DNA from: Bacilli bacterium
GTDB lineage: Bacteria > Bacillota_I > Bacilli_A > RF39 > UBA660
Direction of reading: 5' to 3'
Assembly (NCBI GenBank): GCA_016293205.1
Contig: JAEDES010000002.1
Location: 4,351 to 68,350 of the forward strand
DNA: 64,000 nucleotides
This document shows positions 20,702 through 29,052 of the stretch, in pieces. Each line of letters starts with the position of its first letter. The first letter of the stretch is position 1. The notes beneath the pieces were generated by a model. The model ran no database searches and was not told where the DNA came from. It saw nothing but the letters and a program-made list of their open reading frames with translations. Made by a program: the position numbers and the translations under genes.

Positions 20702-21286
20702 CTACACCTCGTTTATATATAACTGATTGTCTAAAATATATTGATATACATCACTATCTAAGTATTTTACAATATCTTTGCTTAATACATTTTTTCTAAT
20801 ATAAGTAGAACTTAAATCATTTAAATCCATATTTACAACAACAATATTATCTTTATATTCAAAAAATCGTATCAATAATTCATTTATTAGATTGGTATTT
20901 CTTTCTATAACTAAGAACTTATAATTCTTTAACAAATATTCTCCGTTTTTCCACTTATCAATATAACTTAAATTATCACTTCCACAGATAAAATAAATTT
21001 CATCTTCTGGATATAGATTACTAAAATAATCTAATGTATCACAAGTATAAACTACATAATCTTTCATTTCATAATCACTAACCATCATATTAGGATTTTT
21101 ATCAGTAACTAACTTTATCATATCTAATCTATATTTATTGTCAATCAAATTATTCTTATATTCATATTTACATCCAGTAGGAACAAAAATAATTTTATCC
21201 ACATACCTATTTAATAAAAACTTAGCAATCTCTTCATGTCTTTTATGTATAGGATTAAAACTTCCTCCAAAAACACCAATCTTCAT
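20702..21286 (-). CDS. nadD: Nicotinate-nucleotide adenylyltransferase
   Basis: 194 aa with GGSFNPIHKRH (HxGH-type) and the SSTYIR motif. Confidence 0.9.
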   Translation of the reverse strand: MKIGVFGGSFNPIHKRHEEIAKFLLNRYVDKIIFVPTGCKYEYKNNLIDNKYRLDMIKLVTDKNPNMMVSDYEMKDYVVYTCDTLDYFSNLYPEDEIYFICGSDNLSYIDKWKNGEYLLKNYKFLVIERNTNLINELLIRFFEYKDNIVVVNMDLNDLSSTYIRKNVLSKDIVKYLDSDVYQYILDNQLYINEV

Positions 21287-21297
21287 ATAATCACCAT

Positions 21298-23121
21298 CTA
21301 AAAATTATCAATTTCATTCAACCAAATATTCATACTAACATCACTATTCATAACAAAGTCTTTCTTAGAATCAAGACTAACACTACCAACCTTCACTCCG
21401 TCAGGAACACAATTTCTCTTAAATTGTTGAGTAAAGAAACGTCTAACAAATACTTTTAACCATTTCTTAATATCATCATCACCAAAACTATTTTTAAAAG
21501 TCTCTCTCGCAATAAAATATATTTTCTTAATAGATTTACCCTTATAGAAATGATATAAGAAGAAATCATGTAATACATAAGGTCCAATACTACTTTCAGT
21601 CTTTTGTAAAATATTACCAGCTTCATCTGGTGGAAGTAATTCAGGAGAAATAGGAGTATCTAAAATACTATTAATTACTTTACTTTGCTTCTTATTAGCA
21701 TTATCACTAAACCATTTAACAAGAATTCTAACTAAAGTCTTAGGAATATTAGCATTTACTGAATACATACTCATATGATCCCCATTATAAGTACACCATC
21801 CAAGCGCAGCCTCACTTAAGTCCCCTGTACCAATAACAAATCCATCTTCCATATTCGCAACATCCATTAAAATTTGAGTTCTTTCACGAGCTTGTAAATT
21901 TTCATATGCAACACTGCGATCATTTTCATCTAATCCAATATCTTTCATATGTAAAATTGATGCATCCTTAATACTAATTTCTCTTAAAGTAGCACCATAT
22001 TCTTTAACAAAGTCACATGCATTATTATAAGTACGTCCAGTAGTACCAAAACCTGGCATTGTAATACCAATAATATTTTTTAAATCAAGTTTAAGTTTCT
22101 TATAAGCTTCTACAACAATTAAGAAAGCTAAAGTAGAATCAAGTCCTCCAGAAATACCAAGTACACATTTAGGATATCCAAGTTGTTTTAAGCGCCTAGC
22201 AAGCCCACAACTTAAAGTATTAACAATATCACTACATCTATTATTAAAGTCATCATCACTTGGTACAAAAGGATATTCTTTATATAAACGATTAAACACT
22301 TCTCTATCAACAACATCTACATCAATAAATTCATTATATTTACCAACAATATCTTCATAATCAACATCAGCATAAATAATATTACTCTCAAAATCAAATC
22401 TTTCATTATTATTAAGCAACTTTCCATTTTCGTAGATAAAACTATATCCACCATATAATCCTGCACTACTAGATTCATTTAATCCACAACTTGTATAAAC
22501 TAAAGCACTTTTATTATGTTTAGAATCAACCATTAAAGTATTTTTAATAAACTCATAGTTACCAACTAATTCATACTGACTATCATTCATAAATCCAATA
22601 CCAGTTAAATATCTACTATCAAACCCTACACTAAATACTAAATTAGAATCATTAATATCTCTAAATACTAAGTTATTTCCAACTATTACATCATTACCTA
22701 AAAAATTGTAAGTAATAATACCTTCATCCCAAGAAGCAAACCATCTATTTTCAAAATCATAATCAACATACTTTTTAGGAATAATTCCAACCACATTATT
22801 TTTGTTAACTACAAGATTACAATTATATAATTTACCTCTTATTTTTAAAGGTGCACCTAAAATATATGTAATATCAATATTCTTAGTCTTTTCAATAATA
22901 TATTTAATACTATTTTCAATTTCATTAATTAAACTATCTTGGTAAAATAAATCTCCACAAGAATAACCAGTTAAAGATAACTCAGGAGTATTAACAATAC
23001 TAATTCCTTTAGCAAAAGCTTCTTTTATCAATTTAACTAATTCTTCTCTATTAAACAGAGGATCTCCTATTTTCAAATTATTAACAATATTTCCTACTCT
23101 TATAAATCCATACTTTTTCAT
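21298..23121 (-). CDS. nadE: NAD+ synthetase, long (glutamine-dependent type) form with N-terminal CN-hydrolase-like domain
   Basis: 607 aa. The C-terminal synthetase domain has the PP-loop GISGGLDS. The N-terminal nitrilase-like domain has a Glu (TPELSLTGY) and a Lys (IIPKKY), but the expected Cys motif is replaced (see findings). Confidence 0.9.
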   Translation of the reverse strand: MKKYGFIRVGNIVNNLKIGDPLFNREELVKLIKEAFAKGISIVNTPELSLTGYSCGDLFYQDSLINEIENSIKYIIEKTKNIDITYILGAPLKIRGKLYNCNLVVNKNNVVGIIPKKYVDYDFENRWFASWDEGIITYNFLGNDVIVGNNLVFRDINDSNLVFSVGFDSRYLTGIGFMNDSQYELVGNYEFIKNTLMVDSKHNKSALVYTSCGLNESSSAGLYGGYSFIYENGKLLNNNERFDFESNIIYADVDYEDIVGKYNEFIDVDVVDREVFNRLYKEYPFVPSDDDFNNRCSDIVNTLSCGLARRLKQLGYPKCVLGISGGLDSTLAFLIVVEAYKKLKLDLKNIIGITMPGFGTTGRTYNNACDFVKEYGATLREISIKDASILHMKDIGLDENDRSVAYENLQARERTQILMDVANMEDGFVIGTGDLSEAALGWCTYNGDHMSMYSVNANIPKTLVRILVKWFSDNANKKQSKVINSILDTPISPELLPPDEAGNILQKTESSIGPYVLHDFFLYHFYKGKSIKKIYFIARETFKNSFGDDDIKKWLKVFVRRFFTQQFKRNCVPDGVKVGSVSLDSKKDFVMNSDVSMNIWLNEIDNF

Positions 23122-23123
23122 AT

Positions 23124-23714
23124 TTATCTCCTTATATATTGTTTTGCTTTTTCTATAGTATATTGTGACTGTAAATCATTAATCATACCTAATTCTACTA
23201 ATTCATATAATTCATCTACACTACACTCAAAATATTTAATAAATTCACTACTATCTAAAGATTGAGAGCCAATCTTTCTACATCCTTCTGCTAGAAAAGA
23301 TTTATTATATGCACTGCTACATCCTTGATCTTGATAAAACTGTCCAAGTAATCTAATATTTTCAGGAACATATCCAGTCTCTTCAAACAATTCTCTTTTA
23401 GCAGCATCTTCATACTCTTCACCTACATCAACATATCCAGCAGGGAGTTCTATACCAACACCACTTCTTGTAAATACTCTAGGTTGAACTACTAAAATAA
23501 CATTCCCATCAACTGTAACAGGTAAAACTATTGAAGCATTTCCATCATTATTTCCCTTTAAAATTTTCTCTCTAGTAATAACTTCCCCATTATTTAGTTC
23601 AACTAAATATTTATTAACTTTTATAAAGTCACCTGTCATCTCCATCAATTTTTTTCTCTTAGTCATTAGTAATTCAACATATTCATTTAATTCTTCTAAC
23701 TTCTCTTTTCTCAT
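23124..23714 (-). CDS. Nudix hydrolase (ADP-ribose pyrophosphatase-like)
   Basis: 196 aa with an intact Nudix box GYVDVGEEYEDAAKRELFEETGY, embedded in the NAD operon. Confidence 0.75.
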   Translation of the reverse strand: MRKEKLEELNEYVELLMTKRKKLMEMTGDFIKVNKYLVELNNGEVITREKILKGNNDGNASIVLPVTVDGNVILVVQPRVFTRSGVGIELPAGYVDVGEEYEDAAKRELFEETGYVPENIRLLGQFYQDQGCSSAYNKSFLAEGCRKIGSQSLDSSEFIKYFECSVDELYELVELGMINDLQSQYTIEKAKQYIRR

Positions 23715-25180
23715 TACTTCTTCACCAAAACTTTACCTTTATCTTCACCAGTTCTACGTAATTTAATTAATTCTTCCTTTAATTCTCTTAACTTATCAGA
23801 TAAATCCACATAATATCCATGAGGTTTATTTAATCTAGTAACTTCTGGATATAAAGATTGAAATTCCTCTTCAGCATATTCTCTTGTTTCTTCTAATGTA
23901 GGTACATCATATACTAATTCACCATCTTTAAAGATTGGAACTTGTAATTCACGTACATCATAATTACTTAATTCAGTTTTCTTCCATGTTTCAACTGGAT
24001 GTACTAATGTATATTTATCTTCTGGAATAATTTCATCACTTAATGCAATAACATCACCTAAAGCATAACCAGTATCTTTATCATAGAAACGATATACTTT
24101 TTTATAACCAGGATTAATAGTTTTAATACCATCTTCACTTACTTTAATACGAGGTTTAACTTCACCTTCATCTTCAACTGCTACTAATTTATATACTCCA
24201 CCTAATCTATCATTAGGAGCTGTTAAGTTATCCCCAACACCAAATGTATCAACTTCTGCTCCTTGTTCTAATAAATCTTTAATAGTAAATTCATTTAATC
24301 CATTTGATAAACAAATAGTAGTATCAGTATATCCAGCGGCATCTAACATCTTTCTAGCTTCTTTTGATAAATAAGCTAAATCTCCACTATCAATTCTAAT
24401 TCCTTTAAACTTATAACCATTTGGTTTTAAATATTCATTAGCAACTCTAATTGCATTTGGAATACCACTCTTTAAAACATTGTATGTATCAACTAAAAAT
24501 ACACAGTTATTAGGATTAGCCTTAGCATAATCTAAGAAAGCATCATATTCATCATCATATAAAGTAACTAAAGAATGAGCCATAGTACCAACAACCGGAA
24601 TTCCATATTCCATAGCAGCATCAGTATTAGAAGTACCAGCAGCTCCTCCCATATAAGCTAATTTAGCAGCCTCAACTGCAGAATCACTTCCTCTACCACG
24701 TCTAGCACCAAATTCGAATACACCACGTCCATCTGCAGCATCTGTAATTCTTTTAGCCTTAGTCATTACTAATCCACCATGATTAAAGTTTGTAAGTAAT
24801 GAAGTTTCAATAATTTGAGCCTCAATTGCATTAGCTTTAACTGTAAGTACAGCTTCATTTGGAAATACAGCAGTTCCATCAGGTACAGCATAAATATCAC
24901 CAGTAAATTTAAAGTTTCTTAAATATTCTAAGAAATCTTCATCAAAACCTTTAGTACGAAGATATTCAATTTGATCATCATCAAAATGTAAATTTTTAAT
25001 ATATTCAATAGTTTCATCTAATCCACCACTTAATGTATATCCACCTTCAAAAGGATTTTTTCTAAAAAATAAATCAAAGTATGCAACTGAATCTTCTTTT
25101 CCTTGTTTAAAATATGTTTGAGCCATTGTTAACTCATAATAATCTGTTCTTAAAGTTTTATTTTTTTTCATCTTACTCAC
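23714..25180 (-). CDS. pncB: Nicotinate phosphoribosyltransferase
   Basis: 488 aa with TDYYELTMAQ, GTMAHS and the IRIDSGDL motif typical of PncB. Confidence 0.92.
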   Translation of the reverse strand: MSKMKKNKTLRTDYYELTMAQTYFKQGKEDSVAYFDLFFRKNPFEGGYTLSGGLDETIEYIKNLHFDDDQIEYLRTKGFDEDFLEYLRNFKFTGDIYAVPDGTAVFPNEAVLTVKANAIEAQIIETSLLTNFNHGGLVMTKAKRITDAADGRGVFEFGARRGRGSDSAVEAAKLAYMGGAAGTSNTDAAMEYGIPVVGTMAHSLVTLYDDEYDAFLDYAKANPNNCVFLVDTYNVLKSGIPNAIRVANEYLKPNGYKFKGIRIDSGDLAYLSKEARKMLDAAGYTDTTICLSNGLNEFTIKDLLEQGAEVDTFGVGDNLTAPNDRLGGVYKLVAVEDEGEVKPRIKVSEDGIKTINPGYKKVYRFYDKDTGYALGDVIALSDEIIPEDKYTLVHPVETWKKTELSNYDVRELQVPIFKDGELVYDVPTLEETREYAEEEFQSLYPEVTRLNKPHGYYVDLSDKLRELKEELIKLRRTGEDKGKVLVKK

Positions 25181-25828
25181 CTATTTAATTAATTGTTTAA
25201 CCTTTCCTTTTAAATCTTCAACATCTTCTACAACAATTGCACCAGCTTGTTCTAAAACTTTATATGCAATTTCTAACCATTCTTCTCTGCTATGTCCTGG
25301 TGCATCAAAAGTATCTATACAACTTTTAACTACAAATACTTTTAAATCATGATTTATTTCATCTAAGTATCTAAGTAATGTTCTACCAAAATCCATTACA
25401 CATAAATCTCCACATACACCTGCAAGTACAATCATTTTTAATTTTTCTAATGCTTTAATATCATCTTGTAATGTTCTATTAAGCATTCCATTAATTGAAT
25501 TCTTATAATATGTTCTAGTATTTGGTTTATTCTCCTCGTCTTGAAATTCAGGAATCAATTTAGCTTCCTCAGTTCCTTCAACACAATGTTCTGGATAAGA
25601 AACAAATTCTAAAGCATTCTTATCATGATTTTCTAAAATAAAATTTACTAATTCTTCTTCTTCTCTAAACATTTCAATTAAAGCTTGTTGTTCAGGAACT
25701 AAATCATTATATTTAGGATTTGCCATTGGTCCAAAATTAACAAATCCATTATTCATATCAATCATGAATAAAGTTTTTAAAAATTCAACATCTTCTTTTG
25801 TCATATTAGTTTTTCTACACATTTCCAT
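25181..25828 (-). CDS. pncA: Isochorismatase-family cysteine hydrolase, probable nicotinamidase
   Basis: 215 aa with IDMNNGF and the GVCGDLCVMD catalytic-Cys motif. First gene of the pncB-containing operon. Confidence 0.65.
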   Translation of the reverse strand: MEMCRKTNMTKEDVEFLKTLFMIDMNNGFVNFGPMANPKYNDLVPEQQALIEMFREEEELVNFILENHDKNALEFVSYPEHCVEGTEEAKLIPEFQDEENKPNTRTYYKNSINGMLNRTLQDDIKALEKLKMIVLAGVCGDLCVMDFGRTLLRYLDEINHDLKVFVVKSCIDTFDAPGHSREEWLEIAYKVLEQAGAIVVEDVEDLKGKVKQLIK

Positions 25829-25840
25829 ATAATCCTACTT

Positions 25841-25904
25841 GTTATTATCATTTTGTTAATAAGTATATTTAAAAATAATTTCTTTTTAACAATTTGTTAA
25901 TAAC
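25841..25904. promoter_or_regulatory. Three GTTAWTAAC-type sites in the NAD operon 5' UTR
   Basis: GTTATTATC at 25841-25849 (8/9), GTTAATAAG at 25855-25863 (8/9) and GTTAATAAC at 25896-25904 (9/9). The last lies inside the 15-bp palindrome TTAACAA-T-TTGTTAA at 25886-25900. Confidence 0.35.
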
Positions 25905-25935
25905 TATACCTAAAAAATATTTCAAGTTGTTTCAC

Positions 25936-25962
25936 TTGTTATTAACATTTTATTAATAACAA
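25936..25962. promoter_or_regulatory. Candidate repressor operator: perfect 10-7-10 inverted repeat TTGTTATTAA-N7-TTAATAACAA straddling the -10 box
   Basis: The arms at 25936-25945 and 25953-25962 are exact reverse complements. The 7-nt spacer contains the predicted -10 hexamer. Confidence 0.45.
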
Positions 25963-25975
25963 AGAAATTTGTCAA
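25947..25975 (-). promoter_or_regulatory. Sigma-A-type promoter of the pncA-pncB-nudix-nadE-nadD(-nadK) operon
   Basis: On the minus strand: TTGACA (25975-25970), 17 nt spacer, TAAAAT (25952-25947). Confidence 0.5.
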
Positions 25976-26008
25976 CCCTTTTTTTAAGAAAATTAAAAAA
26001 AGTATTTA

Positions 26009-26806
26009 TTAAGATAACTCATTCGCTATCTCAACAAATACTTCTACATCTAAAGCTTCTGCTCTAACATTTAAATCTTTTCCATGTTTTTCAAGGACTC
26101 TACTTACTTTATCTAAGTCATATCCTTTTAAATTATTACGCAATGTCTTTCTCTTATATTGAAATGAATCTCTTACCAACTTTTCAAAAAATTTAAAGTC
26201 ATTTAATAATAACTTATCACTCTTTTCACTAAAAGAAATAATTACACTATCAACATTTGGTTCAGGTACAAATTGTTTTCTTGATACAAAGAATTCTTTC
26301 TTTATATTATAAAAATAATTTAAAAGTACTGTAATAGATCCATATTCTTTATTACCACTCTTAGTAGAAAATCTATCTCCTACCTCTTTTTGAACCATCA
26401 TTACAATCTTTTCAAATCTAAGTCCACTATCAATTAATTTTAATATAATAGGTGTTGTTATATAATATGGAACATTACTTACAAAATATAACTTATCATA
26501 ATCATATTTTTCTACATCTTTAACAATATCTGATTCTAAGAAATCTTGAAATAATATAGTTATATTATCTCTATCACCTAATCTTTTATCATGTTCTTCT
26601 TTTAATTCTTCATCTATTTCATATGCTAAAACATTATCAGCAACCATTGATAATTCTCTAGTCATAATTCCACCACCTGGTCCTACTTCAATAACTAGAC
26701 TTTTACCATCTATTTCAGCACTTCTTACTATCTTTTTAACAACATTTATATCTTTTAAGAAATTTTGACCAAACTTCTTTTTAAATTTAACATCATATTT
26801 TTCCAT
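26009..26806 (-). CDS. rsmA: 16S rRNA (adenine1518/1519-N6)-dimethyltransferase
   Basis: KFGQNFL motif and the SAM-binding VIEVGPGGG. The start was set at MEKYDVKFKKKFGQNFL, preceded by a GGTGGTGA RBS; the ORF track extends 18 codons upstream. Confidence 0.93.
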   Translation of the reverse strand: MEKYDVKFKKKFGQNFLKDINVVKKIVRSAEIDGKSLVIEVGPGGGIMTRELSMVADNVLAYEIDEELKEEHDKRLGDRDNITILFQDFLESDIVKDVEKYDYDKLYFVSNVPYYITTPIILKLIDSGLRFEKIVMMVQKEVGDRFSTKSGNKEYGSITVLLNYFYNIKKEFFVSRKQFVPEPNVDSVIISFSEKSDKLLLNDFKFFEKLVRDSFQYKRKTLRNNLKGYDLDKVSRVLEKHGKDLNVRAEALDVEVFVEIANELS

Positions 26807-26867
26807 ATAATCACCACCAAAAATATAGCATATTTTATCACAAATAAAAAGGATGTGCAATTAAACT

Positions 26868-27509
26868 TTACACATACCCTTTTCTTTCCTCATCAACTAA
26901 TTGTTTAACTTTAACAATATTAATAACTAAAATAACGATTATCGGAATAATAATAGATATTATAAATCCAAATGGATTAGTTATAAACTTATATAAAATT
27001 CCAACAGAAGGTACTTTAAATAATACCTTACCATATATATCACTAAAACTAACTAAAGATGAATCTTCACTTTTATTATTATCACCTTTAGTTCTATAGA
27101 CTAAATTACCATTTTGAATAGTTTGTTTACCAACAATTCTATGTGTAATAGTTAGACCACTATATCTAATATCTTTAGATGCAAAAGTAATAATATCACC
27201 AATATTTAAATTACCTTGTTTATCAACTCTTTGTACAACTACACCATCATTAACATTAATAGTTGGAACCATACTAGGAGAAACTATCACGTAAGCAGAA
27301 TATATTGGTAACTTACTATCACCACTTTTAGATCCAAAATACTGATCACTAAAATAAACAATTAAGTAAGTAAATACTATTAAACAAAAAGCAATAATTG
27401 CTAAAACAAATCCTCTAGACATAGTCTTACAAATCATTTTAACTTTATCAGTAAAAGACTGTTTCTTACTGTCTTCTCGAATAACCAATATATCACCACC
27501 TATTCTCAT
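26868..27509 (-). CDS. sipW: Signal peptidase I, SipW (ER/archaeal) type
   Basis: 213 aa with SPSMVPTI (catalytic Ser), ITHRIVG (His) and TKGDNN, plus an additional C-terminal TM segment as in SipW. Confidence 0.8.
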   Translation of the reverse strand: MRIGGDILVIREDSKKQSFTDKVKMICKTMSRGFVLAIIAFCLIVFTYLIVYFSDQYFGSKSGDSKLPIYSAYVIVSPSMVPTINVNDGVVVQRVDKQGNLNIGDIITFASKDIRYSGLTITHRIVGKQTIQNGNLVYRTKGDNNKSEDSSLVSFSDIYGKVLFKVPSVGILYKFITNPFGFIISIIIPIIVILVINIVKVKQLVDEERKGYV

Positions 27510-27591
27510 AACACAATTATAATACTAAAAAAAGAAAATGACTATAAATTAGACATCTTCAAAAAAATACTTTACACAAAAAAAGCAAATA

Positions 27592-28188
27592 TTAATTTGC
27601 TTTTCCATCAACTATAATTTTAACTGAATAATTTTGAATTTGTTCTGGAGTAACTTCTGCAGTATCAGAAATCCACATTCTTAATCTAAAGTTTTCAGTC
27701 TTATTATTTTTATTAGTTCCCTTATAAATAGTCATAGCATTTTTATATTCACTATCTTTCATATTAGAACTAAAAACTATTGGACCAGTTACTTCAGAAT
27801 AACTACCACTTACTTCTTTTTCTAAATAAATTTTAACATTTTCGTCTAAAGCAGTTGATAATTCCTCATCTTTAACAAGAATAATACTATATTCTAAGTT
27901 ATTAGCGTTACTAATATCAGTATTAATTGAAAAATCAAAGAATTTATCAGATGCATCTTGAATCATACCATCAGCATCACTCATCTTAATACCATTAGTA
28001 ATTGCAAAAATATTTTTATCATCAGTATAAGTCATAGAAATTTCTCCACCACTTACTTCATCATACTCTATATTTTTAGGTTCACAATAAAACAAATAAC
28101 TAGATAATCCTATAACTGCACCAACTGATAAAAATACTGCTATTAAAAGCATCCATACTTTAAAAGATATTTCCTTTTTATTTGCCAT
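27592..28188 (-). CDS. Hypothetical membrane-anchored/secreted protein (candidate SipW substrate)
   Basis: 198 aa with a single N-terminal hydrophobic segment (WMLLIAVFLSVGAVIGLSSYLF) followed by a beta-rich soluble domain. I recognise no family. Confidence 0.5.
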   Translation of the reverse strand: MANKKEISFKVWMLLIAVFLSVGAVIGLSSYLFYCEPKNIEYDEVSGGEISMTYTDDKNIFAITNGIKMSDADGMIQDASDKFFDFSINTDISNANNLEYSIILVKDEELSTALDENVKIYLEKEVSGSYSEVTGPIVFSSNMKDSEYKNAMTIYKGTNKNNKTENFRLRMWISDTAEVTPEQIQNYSVKIIVDGKAN

Positions 28189-28237
28189 ATTACCTCCATA
28201 TTATCATTTGTATACTATGTTAAGCATAACACAAATA

Positions 28238-28990
28238 TTAATCTAGGTCAAACATACTACAAGCATTATTTGTAGTTTCTAATCCAACTTCTTCAACATT
28301 TACACCAAGTATATCAGCAATCTTATCTGCAATTAAAGGAATATACTTAGAACTATTCTTTTCTCCTCTAAATGGAGTTGGTGCCAAATATGGACTATCT
28401 GTCTCTAAAACAATATTTTTTAATCCAACAGATTCAACTACTTTATACAAATTACTATTTTTAAAAGTAACTACTCCACCAATTCCTAACATATATCCCA
28501 TAGAAGTATATATCTTAGCAGTTTCAACACTACCACTAAAACAATGAATAACTCCAGTTAAATCAAACTCTTTTAAAATATTAATAGTATCTTCAACAGC
28601 ATCTCTACTATGAATAACTACTGGTATATCAAGTTTTTCAGCAATAACAAGTTGTTTTCTAAACAATTCAATTTGTTCATTCTTATTATCTTTACCATAG
28701 TAATAATCAAGGCCAATCTCTCCAAGTCCAACAACTTTATCTAATTTTAATAAATTTTCAAGTTCAACAAGATCCTCGTCTGTAACAACATCAACCTCAC
28801 TAGGATGATATCCTAATGTTAAATAAACTTCTTCATATCGTCTAGATAACTCAATACTTTCAAAAATACTATCTTTAGAACATCCAGATATAATTATCTT
28901 AGATATATTACTTTCCCTATTTTCTTTTATTACTAAATCTATATCATCATAATCTTCTCTAGATAAATGACAATGTGTATCAATAAACAT
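28238..28990 (-). CDS. tatD: TatD-family metal-dependent DNase/hydrolase
   Basis: MFIDTHCHL start after a GAGGTG RBS, with GEIGLDYYY, HSRDA and ETDSPYL motifs. Follows metG as Bacillus yabD does. Confidence 0.9.
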   Translation of the reverse strand: MFIDTHCHLSREDYDDIDLVIKENRESNISKIIISGCSKDSIFESIELSRRYEEVYLTLGYHPSEVDVVTDEDLVELENLLKLDKVVGLGEIGLDYYYGKDNKNEQIELFRKQLVIAEKLDIPVVIHSRDAVEDTINILKEFDLTGVIHCFSGSVETAKIYTSMGYMLGIGGVVTFKNSNLYKVVESVGLKNIVLETDSPYLAPTPFRGEKNSSKYIPLIADKIADILGVNVEEVGLETTNNACSMFDLD

Positions 28991-29016
28991 ATAAAACACC
29001 TCAAACATATAATAAC

Positions 29017-29047
29017 AAAAAAAAGATAAGAATTAAATCTTATCTTT
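29017..29047 (-). terminator. Rho-independent terminator after metG
   Basis: Perfect 10-bp stem AAAGATAAGA/TCTTATCTTT followed by a U8 run on the minus strand. Confidence 0.7.
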
Positions 29048-29052
29048 TTAAA

